Shown here: positions 52,108 to 64,000 of the stretch, piece by piece
Position numbering within the stretch: the first letter of the stretch is position 1
How the letters are laid out: each line of letters opens with the position of its first letter
DNA from: Diadema antillarum
Taxonomy: Eukaryota
Direction: 5' to 3'
Assembly (NCBI RefSeq): GCF_040938485.1
Contig: NW_027270960.1
Span: 7,006,001-7,070,000, forward strand
Length of the DNA stretch: 64,000 bases
The notes under the pieces: generated by a model
What the model was told of the DNA's origin: nothing
What the model saw: the letters and a program-made list of their open reading frames with translations, nothing else
Database searches by the model: none
Program-made: the position numbers and the translations under genes

Positions 52108-52109
52108 AT

Positions 52110-52800
52110 ATATGTGACCGTGCATCACAAAACAAACAAAAATTCGCACCCCTTGATTTTACGTGAGGACTCAAAACAGGTGAAATGGGTCAACTAAATC
52201 AATCTTGAGTTTTTCATATTTTCTGAAAGAGCTTTCTTTCTTCTACATTATTCTTTAGTTTGGGATGATAACACGAATGGGAAAATGTGTTTTCAGCAGT
52301 TTTTCTACAACCCCTTTTTACAACCCCTTTTTGGGGAGAGTAAAATGATCAGGTATGTCTTGAGAACCCTTTGCACACTCTTCACTTTCAAGTCTAAAAA
52401 CTTTTGAAAGGATAAAGCTACTGCTTTGAAATTTGGGATTAATCATGGACAGAATATGTTAATACAGCATGCTCAATTTCAGCTTATTCTGATAATCCCT
52501 TCATTGTTGTTGCTCCAGAGGTTGACATCCTGTGTTTTGTACCTTTCATCGCACAGCTAGCACAGTTTGGTGAAAGATTACGCGCTTGAATAGACCCTGT
52601 ACTTCAAAGCCTCTTTTCTCAGTTCACACTTTTCCAGAGTGTGTGCTTTCTTTCCAGTATTTAGGTAGGTTAGGGGAGTCCATTTGCATGGAGTTATACA
52701 TCATTTTAAAGCTTACAGTCTGCTTTTTCAGAATCTGCCCTTAACTAAAAATCCATGTCTGGTGACTTTTTGTTTGTTTTGTGGTACAGAGCCACAATAT
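52110..52800 (-). mobile_element. TA-flanked ATATGTGACC MITE, copy B (inverted relative to 48230)
   Basis: Starts TATGTGACCGTGCATCACAAAAC; shares diagnostic blocks (gcagattctgaaa, gtacagggtctattcaagc, ctgaaattgagc) in reverse. Confidence 0.85.
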
Positions 52801-52810
52801 ATATATATAT

Positions 52811-52811
52811 T

Positions 52812-52842
<31 letters not shown>

Positions 52843-52864
52843 CAGACAGACAGACAGACAGACA
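52811..52864. repeat. (GA)n(GACA)n microsatellite
   Basis: Directly visible. Confidence 0.9.
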
Positions 52865-53901
52865 GAGATGTGATTTATGGTGTAAAGATAATCATCTGAA
52901 GTATTCAAAACAACTAGACAAGAATCACATTATGGTTCAAATAGTCTTAATTTCTGCTATAATTTATATTTGACATCTACTAATTAATATATTCCCAAAA
53001 TACACACATGCACACTCAATCGGAAACATTTATACAAACACACACACATACAAACATGTATACACACATGATCAACTTATTCTCTGAAATTTCAATGCTA
53101 AAAATAGATACTGAGCAAATTCATGCAAAGATTCCAAGAACATGAATTTATGCTTGAAAATCCTCCTTCATTAGCTATATCACTAATGCCTTACATATTG
53201 AATGTTCACATTAATGTTATATTTTTGAAAATCAATCATCTGCTCTTTTCTTGTTCAATTCATGATTTTTTTTTTAATTTCAAATACAGGTCAAAATATA
53301 CATTACACTTTAAATAATTATGAAAATTGAGGTTTGAAATGGGTGAAGTACACTAGGCAAATTACATCATAATGTCAATGAAGTTGATAAAGATGCTTCT
53401 TGGAGTAGGCAGCAGATTATACATTCCTTCTTTCTGTTTTATTCTGTATGCATTGTTCTGTTTCCATCTTTCATATGTTTTGTAATATCGATATGTTTAT
53501 TGTCTGTAAATTATTCTTAAACTTTGTATATTTCAGACATGTGTATCTTTTGATATTCTGAATGTAAAATGAGCTCAAACTTTTTATTGATCTCGCTTGT
53601 GTGCAGAACTACCCCTGTTAAAAGTAGCTTTTTCATATATAAATATAACAAAACACATATTAACTGTGTAGAAGAGTTTGCATCTTTTAACAGGTTTATC
53701 ATTTAAATTCTTCCAATCTGACACATAATATTGCTTCTTTAACTTTCCCAAAGTGACTGAAAATTTAGAAAAAAAAATCATGAAAAACAAAAGCTTTTTA
53801 AGAATTGGAGAGCAATTAATGGGAACATGAGGAACATCAAACAAAAGTTAGTGAAAACACACATACTATCTAAATCAACAACTACCATTCAAGCAAACAC
53901 A

Positions 53902-54289
53902 TTAAAGGGATAGTACAGCATTGGTGGAGATGAGAATTGGGCTTTTAACTTTTTGCGAGATACCAAGAAAACACTTATGATACAGAACAGAGCATACCAT
54001 TTTAAGAGGAATTCAAAGTTTATTTGATGAAAATCGGGTTTGGAGTGAATGCAACATCCAAAAACAAAGTAAAACAAAGCGATCATAATAAAGTGTGGGT
54101 CCCACACTTTATAGAATCGCTCTTTTTGGATATATCAGCCATTTTAAAACCAATTTTCATCAAATAAACGTTGAATTCCTCATAGAATTACATGCTCTTT
54201 CATATTTCATAAGAGGTTTCTCTTTATCTCACCAAAAAATGTTAGAAACCTGAAATTATGTCTCAACCAAAACTGTACGATCCCTTTAA
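53902..54289 (+). mobile_element. Kolobok/T2-like MITE (388 bp), copy B of the 20098 family
   Basis: TIR TTAAAGGGATAGTACAG / CTGTACGATCCCTTTAA (16/17). Confidence 0.9.
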
Positions 54290-54309
54290 AAGTGAATTAC
54301 ACTGACACA

Positions 54310-54340
54310 GAAAATGACAATCCATGCAAGTAGATTTATT
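54310..54340 (-). terminator. Candidate polyadenylation site of the right-edge gene
   Basis: Minus-strand AATAAA at 54340-54335, a CA about 10-15 nt downstream, then GU/U-rich ttgtcattttctgtgtcagtgt. Other AATAAA sites exist (for example 60134-60129, 55216-55211, 53501-53496). Confidence 0.35.
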
Positions 54341-57300
54341 TTAAATACAAATGATAAACAATTTAATATGATAGTACAGTAACAGTGATAAATGGCAGAT
54401 ATACATATTATAAGCAAACAATGGACAAAAATACAATAATTTTTATCGTAACATGCACCGCAGATTTTTTTAAATTCGATATAACCACTATTGATATCTG
54501 ATAAATGATGAACACTTAAAATCATTGTGCAAATGTTCTAGAATTTCTGAAGATTTGTAAAAGATCCAATTTCCTGTCCCTTCTTAAAGTGACTCCAATA
54601 TTAATATCTAAGACTTATTCACCTCTAAAAATGGTTTACATTTATTTCACTGCCTACACTCAACAATCTGGGTAAGATGTCTACTTTCAATGATTTGTCC
54701 CACACCAATCATTACACGATGCAAAAATTGCAGATGCTTATTAACTCTTATGTGATTTTAGCAACATAACATGGAGTGTCTTCAAACTATATTGTGACAC
54801 AAATTCTGCATGGTATCTATGTTGGATAGAAGAGGCAAAAAATGATTGTTCAAAAGAGTGTTAATAGTTGTAATTATTTTACAAACTTAATAAATTTCAG
54901 GGTTACAAAAAAGTTTTAAATTTCCAATTCAAGTTTACTTATACTGGTGACTACATCAAAATGACTAAATTTAAACATTCTAATATTTTGTGTGGGTTTT
55001 TTTTTTAAATCCTAGTATACTTTTAACTTTTTTTAAACACCAGGATGTAAATTAACATTTTGTCATTTCCTTACCATTGTCTGCCACTCAAACTAACAGG
55101 CTTCAAATGTAAGGTACTAATAGATTTTTAAAAGCATTCCTTGTTTGTGAAATTACATTGTACATCAGAAATTTGAAACTCCCTTTCTCGAAATCAACCT
55201 CCAGAGGAATTTTATTTTCCCATACGAGAGAAACATGTCAACATGTATGCGAAAAGTTTTAAACCATGCAAATGAATCAGGACTGGTAGCATTTGAAACA
55301 CATTCTACCAAATGAAGTGCATCAACAACATACATTGTTGAAAATACATCAGAACTCATACATTTAAAACAAAATGTATAATGTGTGCAGATTTCATGCC
55401 ATAAGAAACATTTGCTTGAATTATTGTCATGCAAAACAAAATGCAGCATGAACAGCACATCGATGGAAGACAGTAAAAGACAGTACATAAAGTTATGGCT
55501 TGAGATCTTAAATTGTTCTTTACTGGAAAACCAGAAATCGTCACGGCATGAAACTTTCATGAATTGGAGCCAATGGCCTTTTTCACAACATGAAGCAAAT
55601 TGTGATTTGCCAACAATGGAAAGATTATGAGTATATTGCATGTACTAAGAGCACAAGGACTTGTTCAGAACAAAATGCACACTACTAAACAAGCATAGTT
55701 AAAAAAATAAACTAAAAACAAACAACAACAAAAAATGAATGAGCAAACTTCGGAAGAAAATTGACCTGACCTGAGCATGCTGTACTGTGCACACGTGTAT
55801 ATGCATACTAGTGCATAAATTGGATCGATTCTATTTCTTGGAAGGGGTAAGCTGTTTATTCCTCATGAGAGCATTTTGTGCTGGCATTTAATGCATTTTA
55901 CTCTCAGGAATCTTGGCTCTTCGCAAAATTTGTGAAGTTTCATGCGCACAAAAATTTGTTTTTTCACCATAAGCGTCAACTCATTATCATAATATATATA
56001 TATATATATATTTTTTATGACATTGGGGCATGAGCTCAATTACAAAGTTCAGAGGCTAAGTGAGAAATTCCAGTACAAGCAATTTACCTCTTAGATAAGT
56101 CTAATGGCCAATTCAAACATGATTTTGTGCTGGAAATTAGAAATTACATTAGGTCAAATGCATACTGAAATAGACAAATTGGACTCATTGCATTCAGTAA
56201 ATTCTGCTCCAGAACTTCGAAAAGAAAAGAAAAAAACGTTTAGCTACTACGTATTTCATGCATATGGAGCTCTCTCAATTACACATTAAAATTCCACATT
56301 ACTTTACCATCAATTATTACCTTGTTTACTGAACTTCAGTGTAACATTAACAAGGACTTTGTTTTGTATTCAACTGATCCACTTTACATGGCCCTTAAAT
56401 TCATAATTTTTTTTTATTATCCACGCAATAAAAGGATTATACGACAGAATACAGTCTTGATTATAAATCCGTACGGAATTTTTTTTTGCAAATAATGGAT
56501 TTTCATTTTTTTTAGAGAGAGAAATTGATACAAAATATTCTTTGTAGTTCATTTCTGCATGTAAATGAATCATGGATATAAAACTCAGCTCCCCTGTACA
56601 CATGATAAAAACACAATACTGATGATATACAGTATAAATCTCAACTAAAAAAACAAAAATAATATAATATAATTAAAGCTTGTAAAATTTGTCCACTGGA
56701 GATGATTTTCCCAGATATATATTCCTACCCTATACCACAGAAATTCATGTTTAAAATTCCTTTGTGGCTACTATTACTCAAATCTGACAGGGCAATAGTT
56801 ACAATGTAACATACTAATACACACACAGAGGGTATACTATGATCAGGTTTGTAACATGAAAGGTAAGTACTACGTATGCTTTGCTCTACAGGAATCTCTC
56901 AATACAACATGACAAAGCTCTATGTACAGTGGTACACAAATTTTAATTCCACTGGATGAAGCAATGCAAATGGATATCTTGGGCCCTATCTTTCCTTGTT
57001 CACAGCCTCACCAATTACCATGCATGTGAATCAAAGGGTATCATAAAGTTTTGCTAAGTGTCAAACATTTATCGTTCATCCAAATGCATACCATGCATTG
57101 TGAAGTGCAATCATTTACAACCATTACCCTGTACACCCAACTCCTCCATTCCTAGTTTCAGTAACACATTTCTACTGATCAATATAAAATTCAATATTGA
57201 AAAGCAATGGTGTAAAACACAATGTCAAATCGACACTTTAGGGCAGTCACATTCATACAAAAGTATACTCTAGATACCATTTTGGACAGCATATAATTTC

Positions 57301-58515
57301 AGGGATGACAATTTGAAGAGCTGGATGTAGCATGTCACTGCATTTCTCAAAACCCTTGTCATAAATCATTAACACTTATAATCATATACTGAAATGAGAT
57401 GTATTAAAAGCAATCACTATGCATTATGGTAGCTATAGATGCTTCTTTGCTCATAAAAAGAGAGCAATGACACAAAAAATTGCAATGTTTATCCACTGTA
57501 TCTTCATTTCCGGGGGGCATTTATGCAAATTATGAATTTATGTGATAGCAATTTCAAAACAATTTCATGTAATCTCTCTGAAAATTGTAAACATTTTTCA
57601 ATTAATAAATGCATATTCATGAGCACTATGAAATAGCTGCATTATCAATAAACAAATGTACAGTAATGCAATATGAAGATAAACTACTTTTAACAAACTG
57701 AACCATTTGCTTACAATAATGACACAAGTCCTTAAATATTATATCTGTATGGTTTGAAGTGAGCCTCATTGTACAGAACAAACATTCAAAGAAGGAATTG
57801 GGCATTTGCATAAATTTACAGGGCACATATGTCACAGAGTACACTATGCTAAATAATATATATATGTAACATGCAAACACAAAAGCTACACACTATCAGT
57901 GAATCATAAATGTTGTGATACAGATGATGTAAGTATAAAACATGATGCAGTGAAGAAAAACAACAAAGTTAGTATGATTAGTAATATTGGTGCTGGTTAC
58001 TGGCAATGACACATATAACTAGGCAAGGTTATGATTTAAAAGAAGCAACAAAAAAATGGGGGCTCTACAAACAAAATGTTCGAGAAACAAAGAATAAACT
58101 CAGATTTAGAGTGAATTAAAATTGTCATACTCCCCCTTCAAAATCAGAAAAGCTTATACAAGCGTAAGATCAATCATGAACTCAACTATCCACTCCTCCC
58201 CATCAAAAAAAAAAAACAATAATTGAAAATTTGTGTTGTAATTGTTTCCCACAATACCTGCACTATTAACCTGAACCTAATATGAACTAAACAGTGTTAC
58301 AGTTGTATAAAACAGTTTTCATGGATAACAGAATAGCTGCATCACAGTCAAATTGAGGATCAAGCAGCTTTGCACAGATCACCATGTGAATGTGATTTTG
58401 ATATATTGTGCCAATTTGCTGATTGGGGATGGATAATGGTAAGAAAGCATAAGAACTGGTCTTCCATATTGACATGTCATTCATGTAACATATTTAATTC
58501 TTCATATGCCATGGT

Positions 58516-59046
58516 CTAACCCCCACCCCCAACCCAAACCCCCCCCCCCCCCCCCCCCCGCCATATTATTTTGAGACAGCAACACAGTCATGCTTTGGGA
58601 AAACATTCTATTTTCAAATCAATCTAACTTTTATAGATTTTTGTTACCCTGGAAATGTAACAATCAAAGCTGTAGAGAGTAGAAGATGCCAAGCTTTGCT
58701 TTGACATAAATTGTTCGGCAATTCTACGATTGTTTTTTTTTTCCTGGCAAATGAGCAGTCAGCTACATTTGTATATTATTGTAGAGGCATGACTCTTGCT
58801 TGAAACAGTGACAGAAACTTCTATTTACTTACAAAATCCAGTAGGGAACACCGCTTGATAGTCAATCACCACATAAAATGCAACTACATGTGACCAGAAT
58901 GGAATTGCAAGAAATGCTTTCATTGCACTACTACATTTGGTGATTTATCAATCGGTTTGGGCAGGTTTGTGCATTTGAGCAGAATATTCAAACTTGGCAT
59001 GCCGTCTACTGAGTCCGGCGTGCAAACGTGGCACATAAGGAGTTAA
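58516..59046 (-). mobile_element. About 490-bp piggyBac-like element, copy B
   Basis: Right end CGTGGCACATAAGGAGTTAA; body is the reverse complement of 5887-6373; left TIR overrun by a poly-C expansion. Confidence 0.75.
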
Positions 59047-59813
59047 AGGAACTGATAAAAAAAGGCAGAAAAATTAATAATGTCACATAGACTATGACTC
59101 TCAATGCCTACCAGACTGCCTCCAACAAGGGAGGAATGTACTGATACCAAAAAATAATTGTTTATGACACCCATATGATAACACAATTGTTATATGCACA
59201 CCACTAACTGCACACACACCACACATAAAGTACACATAATCAAATATATTCTTTTAACAACTGTCATACATATTTTATGTCAGACCCACTGCCCAAAGAT
59301 GACTAAACAGTGTCACATAAAGTGTATCCTTTCATGTTATCCTTTTTTATCACCTTCATAAACAAAAGCAGTGAAACTACATGAACAAAATTTGAATTTC
59401 AATCAGGACTAATATCTACATTTACATATAAATTTTCTTTGCAAGTAAAACTCTCTCTTTATATATAATATTCATTTTCTGCAAAACTATTTCTACGCTG
59501 GCAAGTGACATAACATGAAATACTAGAAAATTCAGGCATAACGCTGAGAATATTATCTTGCTTAAATCATAAATGTATAAGATGAGCAGTGATGGCCTGA
59601 TCTAAATGATGTCTCTGTAATTCTCAATCAGATGTAAATATACTTCAGACTGGTGCAAATGAATTAGATGGAGACTACAGATGAACTAATACTACCAACA
59701 ACAAAAAATACAAAAGAACAGTTATGATACTAGATAAAAACTAATGTAAGGTTTACATGTCTACAGGTATAAATGTTCCTTAGCATGTATAGGAAAAACT
59801 CTGAGATTAATTA

Positions 59814-60352
59814 TACACTGTAAAAACATCGGTGTTAGATTTAACACCATGGGTGTTAAGTCTAACACCGATCAAACTTCAATAGAGGACCACACCCACA
59901 GGTGTAGAAAATGCACTGTGATGGTGTTGAAAAGTGTTCACCTGACACTTTGTGGTGTTAATTTGACACTGTACCTGGTGTTAGTTTGACACTGTACTGG
60001 TGTTAATTCAAAAATGACACCACACGGTGTTGATTTGATATTTGTTGGTGTTAATAATATCAGTGGTTTTAACACCCCTCCAGCTGCAATAAGAGACCAC
60101 ACCAGCTGGTGTTACTGTGGTGTAGATTTATTTTCACATTTTTTCAAAAATCTAGTATTTTAATGTAAACTTCTCGATCGTCTTGTTTAAATTAAAAATC
60201 AACAAGAAGTGCAGTTACTAAGAAACTCTTCAAAAAACAGTTTTATATTTGGAAATGACACCCGGAGGTGTTAATTTAACACCATAAATGAGTACCGAAA
60301 ATCTAACACCAGCTCGGTGTTCACTATTTAACACCGGACTTTTTGCAGTGTA
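59814..60352. mobile_element. CACTA/EnSpm-like MITE (about 535 bp)
   Basis: TA|CACTGTAAAAA ... TTTTTGCAGTG|TA with a 2-bp TA duplication and about 17 GGTGTT/AACACC subterminal motifs. Confidence 0.8.
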
Positions 60353-63288
60353 TATAAAATAAAAATTCAACTCAAAAGGAAAATGCCTTGCCATATCCGA
60401 CAGACCTTTACTATCTTGTCTTGCTCTCTGTTTTAGCTGTTTAGAGTAGACAACCTCATAGAGCTGGGAAAATATCATGATTGAACAATAACATGTAGGT
60501 GAGCAACTCCACAGGCATTCAATGAATGGTATGAACACACATACTCTGCCATTTATAATGACATTTCTGTATTCATCTGTAAAACTATTCTACTTTTAAT
60601 AAAAAAAAGATCGATAGTGCACTCATATTATAACAAACATTATTATAATAACAACATTGTGTTAAGGAGAAGTAAAAATGTAGGTCCCAAACTTACGATC
60701 TATATCATCACATACTGATATAATTTTGCCGTTTCTGAGGACTTCGTTATAATGAGAGTCACATATCTCAAACAATGAGCTAAATTAATCTCCTTGACGC
60801 CATTATCATATCAAAAGCCATGTTGAACTGGTCCGAAATGATAGGGCATGTGATGTTATTGAAACTTTTTGAGAGATTATATTTTAAGGGAAAGGTAAAC
60901 CTCACTCAGAGCACTTATCTAGACTATGAGAAGTATATATCTTAAAGTTGATTGTGGATTTAAGTGCTTGTAATTGTTTAGCTGTAAAATCACATGGTAG
61001 AACAGAGTTTGAAATTGATGTTAGTTGCCCTGTGTATGCCACAAAGGTAAAAGGATGCATTTGGGATATCAAGCCTACTTGTCATTGCCTCCGAGCTGTC
61101 TCAGTTTGTCACAAGGTTCATTGGCACCCAGCAGGAGTTCCCATAACTTTGAATAAGCAAGGAGTTAAGACAAGAGTGAAAATAGAGGGCGCTATGCAGC
61201 ATCTTTGCAAACATAACTTGGACTGATGTCTTCAACAGTGAATGATTGAAAGTATTCTTCAAAGCCTATCAGTACTTCATTGCAATGAAGTCCACTTTTC
61301 TTTTCTTTCGTCTGTTCCTTTACCAATTCTGTGCAAAACAATTCATGAGTTGATGCTGAATCAATAACAAATCTTATGCTTGATAAATCAATGAAACATT
61401 TCTGTTTCACTCTCCATTCTGAAGTCTCTTTGCCACTTACTGATCTCAGTTCAATGCGCTCTATCCTTTGTGCTAATCAAAAAATACAGCTGTACTGCTT
61501 TTCTACAGAATCATCTATTTTAATAAGATTTAAGACAGGTTAATTTCCATGGAAAATTTAAGCACCTAAGTGCACATACATGTTGAAAAAGTAATCATGA
61601 TTTATCATTTACCCGTGAAATACCAAGTTAAGAGGATCTAAATACCACGAAATAGAAAGCCTCCAACTTGGTCACCAGCCACATAGATCAATACATGAGA
61701 GCAAGCAATCACCAAGCATGTCAGTAGATGGAGAACTACGATGTATACACCAATACCAAGACTAATCGATGAATAAAAGCAGGAAAGAAGGAATGCACTT
61801 TACGGTTCACAAATCCAAATAATCATTCATAATCCCTAAAGGAACATCAATTTTCTCTGTGATTGTTGATTGTCAATCAAAGAAATCAATGATGAGAATT
61901 CAAACTACATTAATATCTTAGCATTCCCACCATCTCCTTAATATTGTGTGTACTTGATCAACTAGTTCGTTGGTGCTGTTTTCTTGTTTTGATTTGTTGA
62001 GTGTTACAGCAATATGATATAATGTCAGACTATCATGCAAGGAGAAACATACAGGATAGTTGGTCAAATATTGCTTTGATGTACATCAAAAGTAAGTCAC
62101 ACAACAGCACAAAAAAAAAAAGTGAACCCAGTACTATAAATCATCTTCTGTTACTTTAGGATTGATTCTTAATATACAAATATCAGAATGTAAATGTTAT
62201 TTAATCTGTTCGGAACAATTCAACTGCATGTTTTTAAACAGGCTTTAACTACATCACAAATAAAAGCATAGTAAATGTTATCATAACTGCATTTGCCGGA
62301 ACATTGTAATGAGAGGAAATTCCACATGAAAACTCCTCTGAGGGTGTATCAAATTCTTGCAAAGGATATGACTGAACCATCAAGTCAAATTAATACAACC
62401 ATGCAGTTGATGACCCCACAGCAAATCAGTCTGAACAGATTAAGAAACAGGCAGAAATATCTTACCATTTGGCACTATGTAGTAACTACAGTGAATTACC
62501 TCGTAGGCATGTTATAATCTCAAAGACAAACCCTCGTATTGGCAACACTTCAAACCATGCAGACACATACCTATTTATATACAATCTAAAAACAAAAAAT
62601 ACTCCCCTAAAAAAAATCAACATGTGTATCATTCTATCTTCATAAGGCACACATCAGCACTTTTTATAACCATGCATGCTTGAAATATTTCAGATTGTGA
62701 TTTCACATCAAGATGACATCAACAAAACAAGAATTGATGACACTGCTCTACATCAAACAGGAACTAAAACTTCTTGGATGCTTGTACATGAATTCTTTGA
62801 TTGCTTGCATGATCAACCAACTAATTGACTAATTGATAATATGTGAATGAATTATATGTTTCCTGTATAGTGGGGTCTGTCATCCATCTGCTTTAAGTAT
62901 TAAATCATAATAACACCTTTTATAGGCACCTATTTTCACAATAAAAAAGTAATAATAATTTCACAAAAAAATGCCACAGTAGGGCCTAATGCAAACCTTC
63001 AATAAGCACAGGCCAGGGTTGGAAATAATAACACTAACCATGAAGATGGGTTCATCAAGAGGGGTTATGGACAGAACAAATCCACCATGCTCCAAATCAC
63101 ACTGAAATCATTATTTCAGAAAACATTAACCTCATACTGGTGTACTGAAAGCACTTGCTGGCAGTTAGTGAATTCTGAATCCACCTTCACTAAAAGTTTT
63201 GGCTTTGAGAACACATCAGTATGAGGGCATTGACTCGAGTATAAAGTGCAAATCTAAACCTACTTTACAATGATTGCATGCTTCTCCA

Positions 63289-63999
63289 TCACAAGTCTTC
63301 CTTTGTAACCAGCGGGCAAAGCTTACCTTCGAGGTCAGCATAGGCACCATCTGAAGAATAGGCATCTTCTTCCTCATCAGCCAGCGGGATTGTGGTACTT
63401 GGACAGTAGGATGCATCAGGATCTATTGCAGCTGGAGTCGCCCAGTGCGTTGTGGAGTCAGCTACCATCTGGAGAAGAGACTCGCTGGAGGAGGTACGTT
63501 CCTTTGGTGGCAGCAGGTCAGCAGCAGCATGCTCCATCATCATGTCCTGGTACTCTTCATGCATGTCTTCAAAGGGCTGTGCAAGCATGGCACTGTCCAC
63601 CGTAGATACAGAGTCTCTGGAGCCAGGAGGTTGCAGATGGAGCTGTGTTTCCTTGAACTTCGTCAACCCAGGAGCTGGCGGCGGTTTGGTCACCACAGCC
63701 TTTTTCACTTTTGGAACCTCAGTGAACTTTACACTCTGCTTTATAGGTGGTGGTAAACTTGATGAATGACCAGGCCTGTCTAACTGTCTAGAATTTGGAC
63801 CAGCAGATAAGTAGATGGGACTTTTATTGCCTAATCTACTCTGGTCCTTGCCTGGGATGACTATCTTTGTCTTCGCCTTGATGGGCCTCTCAGGACTACT
63901 ATCAGAGCTGTAGCCAAGATTGTCAGATGACTTTGGTGGTCGGTATAACTTGGGGTTCGTACCCGAAGGAAACGGGCGTGGGGTCTTTTCTTCATCAGA
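63289..63999 (-). CDS. 3'-terminal coding exon (partial, 236 aa) of an unidentified protein; Pro/Ser/Lys-rich then acidic, likely disordered C-terminal tail
   Basis: Stop-free from the window edge (SDEEKTPRPFPSGTNPKLYRPPKSSDNLGYSSDSSPERP...) through the track ORF to ...AYSSDGAYADLEGKLCPLVTKEDL-TGA. GC content is much higher than the flanks and drops sharply to AT-rich sequence after the stop. Confidence 0.85.
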   Translation of the reverse strand, partial: SDEEKTPRPFPSGTNPKLYRPPKSSDNLGYSSDSSPERPIKAKTKIVIPGKDQSRLGNKSPIYLSAGPNSRQLDRPGHSSSLPPPIKQSVKFTEVPKVKKAVVTKPPPAPGLTKFKETQLHLQPPGSRDSVSTVDSAMLAQPFEDMHEEYQDMMMEHAAADLLPPKERTSSSESLLQMVADSTTHWATPAAIDPDASYCPSTTIPLADEEEDAYSSDGAYADLEGKLCPLVTKEDL

Positions 64000-64000
64000 G

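Noticed and set aside
51176-52149. YIYIYI/VCVCVC-containing ORFs
   Set aside because: Microsatellite and MITE translations.
55165-55641. 158-aa minus-strand ORF
   Set aside because: TTG start, Cys/Phe-rich composition typical of AT-rich non-coding DNA, and no splice or domain support; it lies within the putative 3'UTR.
59816-60350. CRISPR-like repeat array
   Set aside because: Repeats are 6-mers in both orientations with irregular spacing inside a TIR element; eukaryotic context and no cas genes.
63289-63303. C-terminal KEDL as an ER-retention signal
   Set aside because: It does not match [KRHQSA]-[DENQ]-E-L, and the tail composition looks cytosolic; this cannot be excluded without the N-terminus.

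Overview
AT-rich animal genomic DNA with two assembly gaps (23695-23852, 42817-42964). The repeat landscape suggests a marine invertebrate deuterostome such as a sea urchin, which is an inference. It is not prokaryotic: no operons, rRNA, genuine tRNA genes or CRISPR arrays were seen. The only well-supported host coding sequence is the 3'-terminal 236 codons of a minus-strand gene entering from the right edge (63999->63289, Pro/Ser-rich, ending ...YADLEGKLCPLVTKEDL*). It is probably followed by a very long 3'UTR, possibly to about 54.3 kb. The rest looks like intergenic DNA and large introns full of non-autonomous DNA transposons. These include about 13 copies of a 93-bp TTAA-CCC piggyBac-like MITE, 8 TTAA-AGG Kolobok/T2-like MITEs, TA-flanked Tc1/mariner-like foldbacks, and hAT-, Harbinger- and CACTA-like elements. 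There are also tRNA-derived SINEs, one young 5'-truncated CR1-group LINE with a 14-bp TSD, and many microsatellites. A second, unidentified minus-strand gene may be assembled from small phase-compatible exons (38444-38396, 18734-18631, 32-<1) separated by about 19-kb introns, with an RFX X-box-like motif over its start codon; this is tentative. Nearly all other ORFs in the supplied track are chance or microsatellite-derived. No gene symbol could be assigned.
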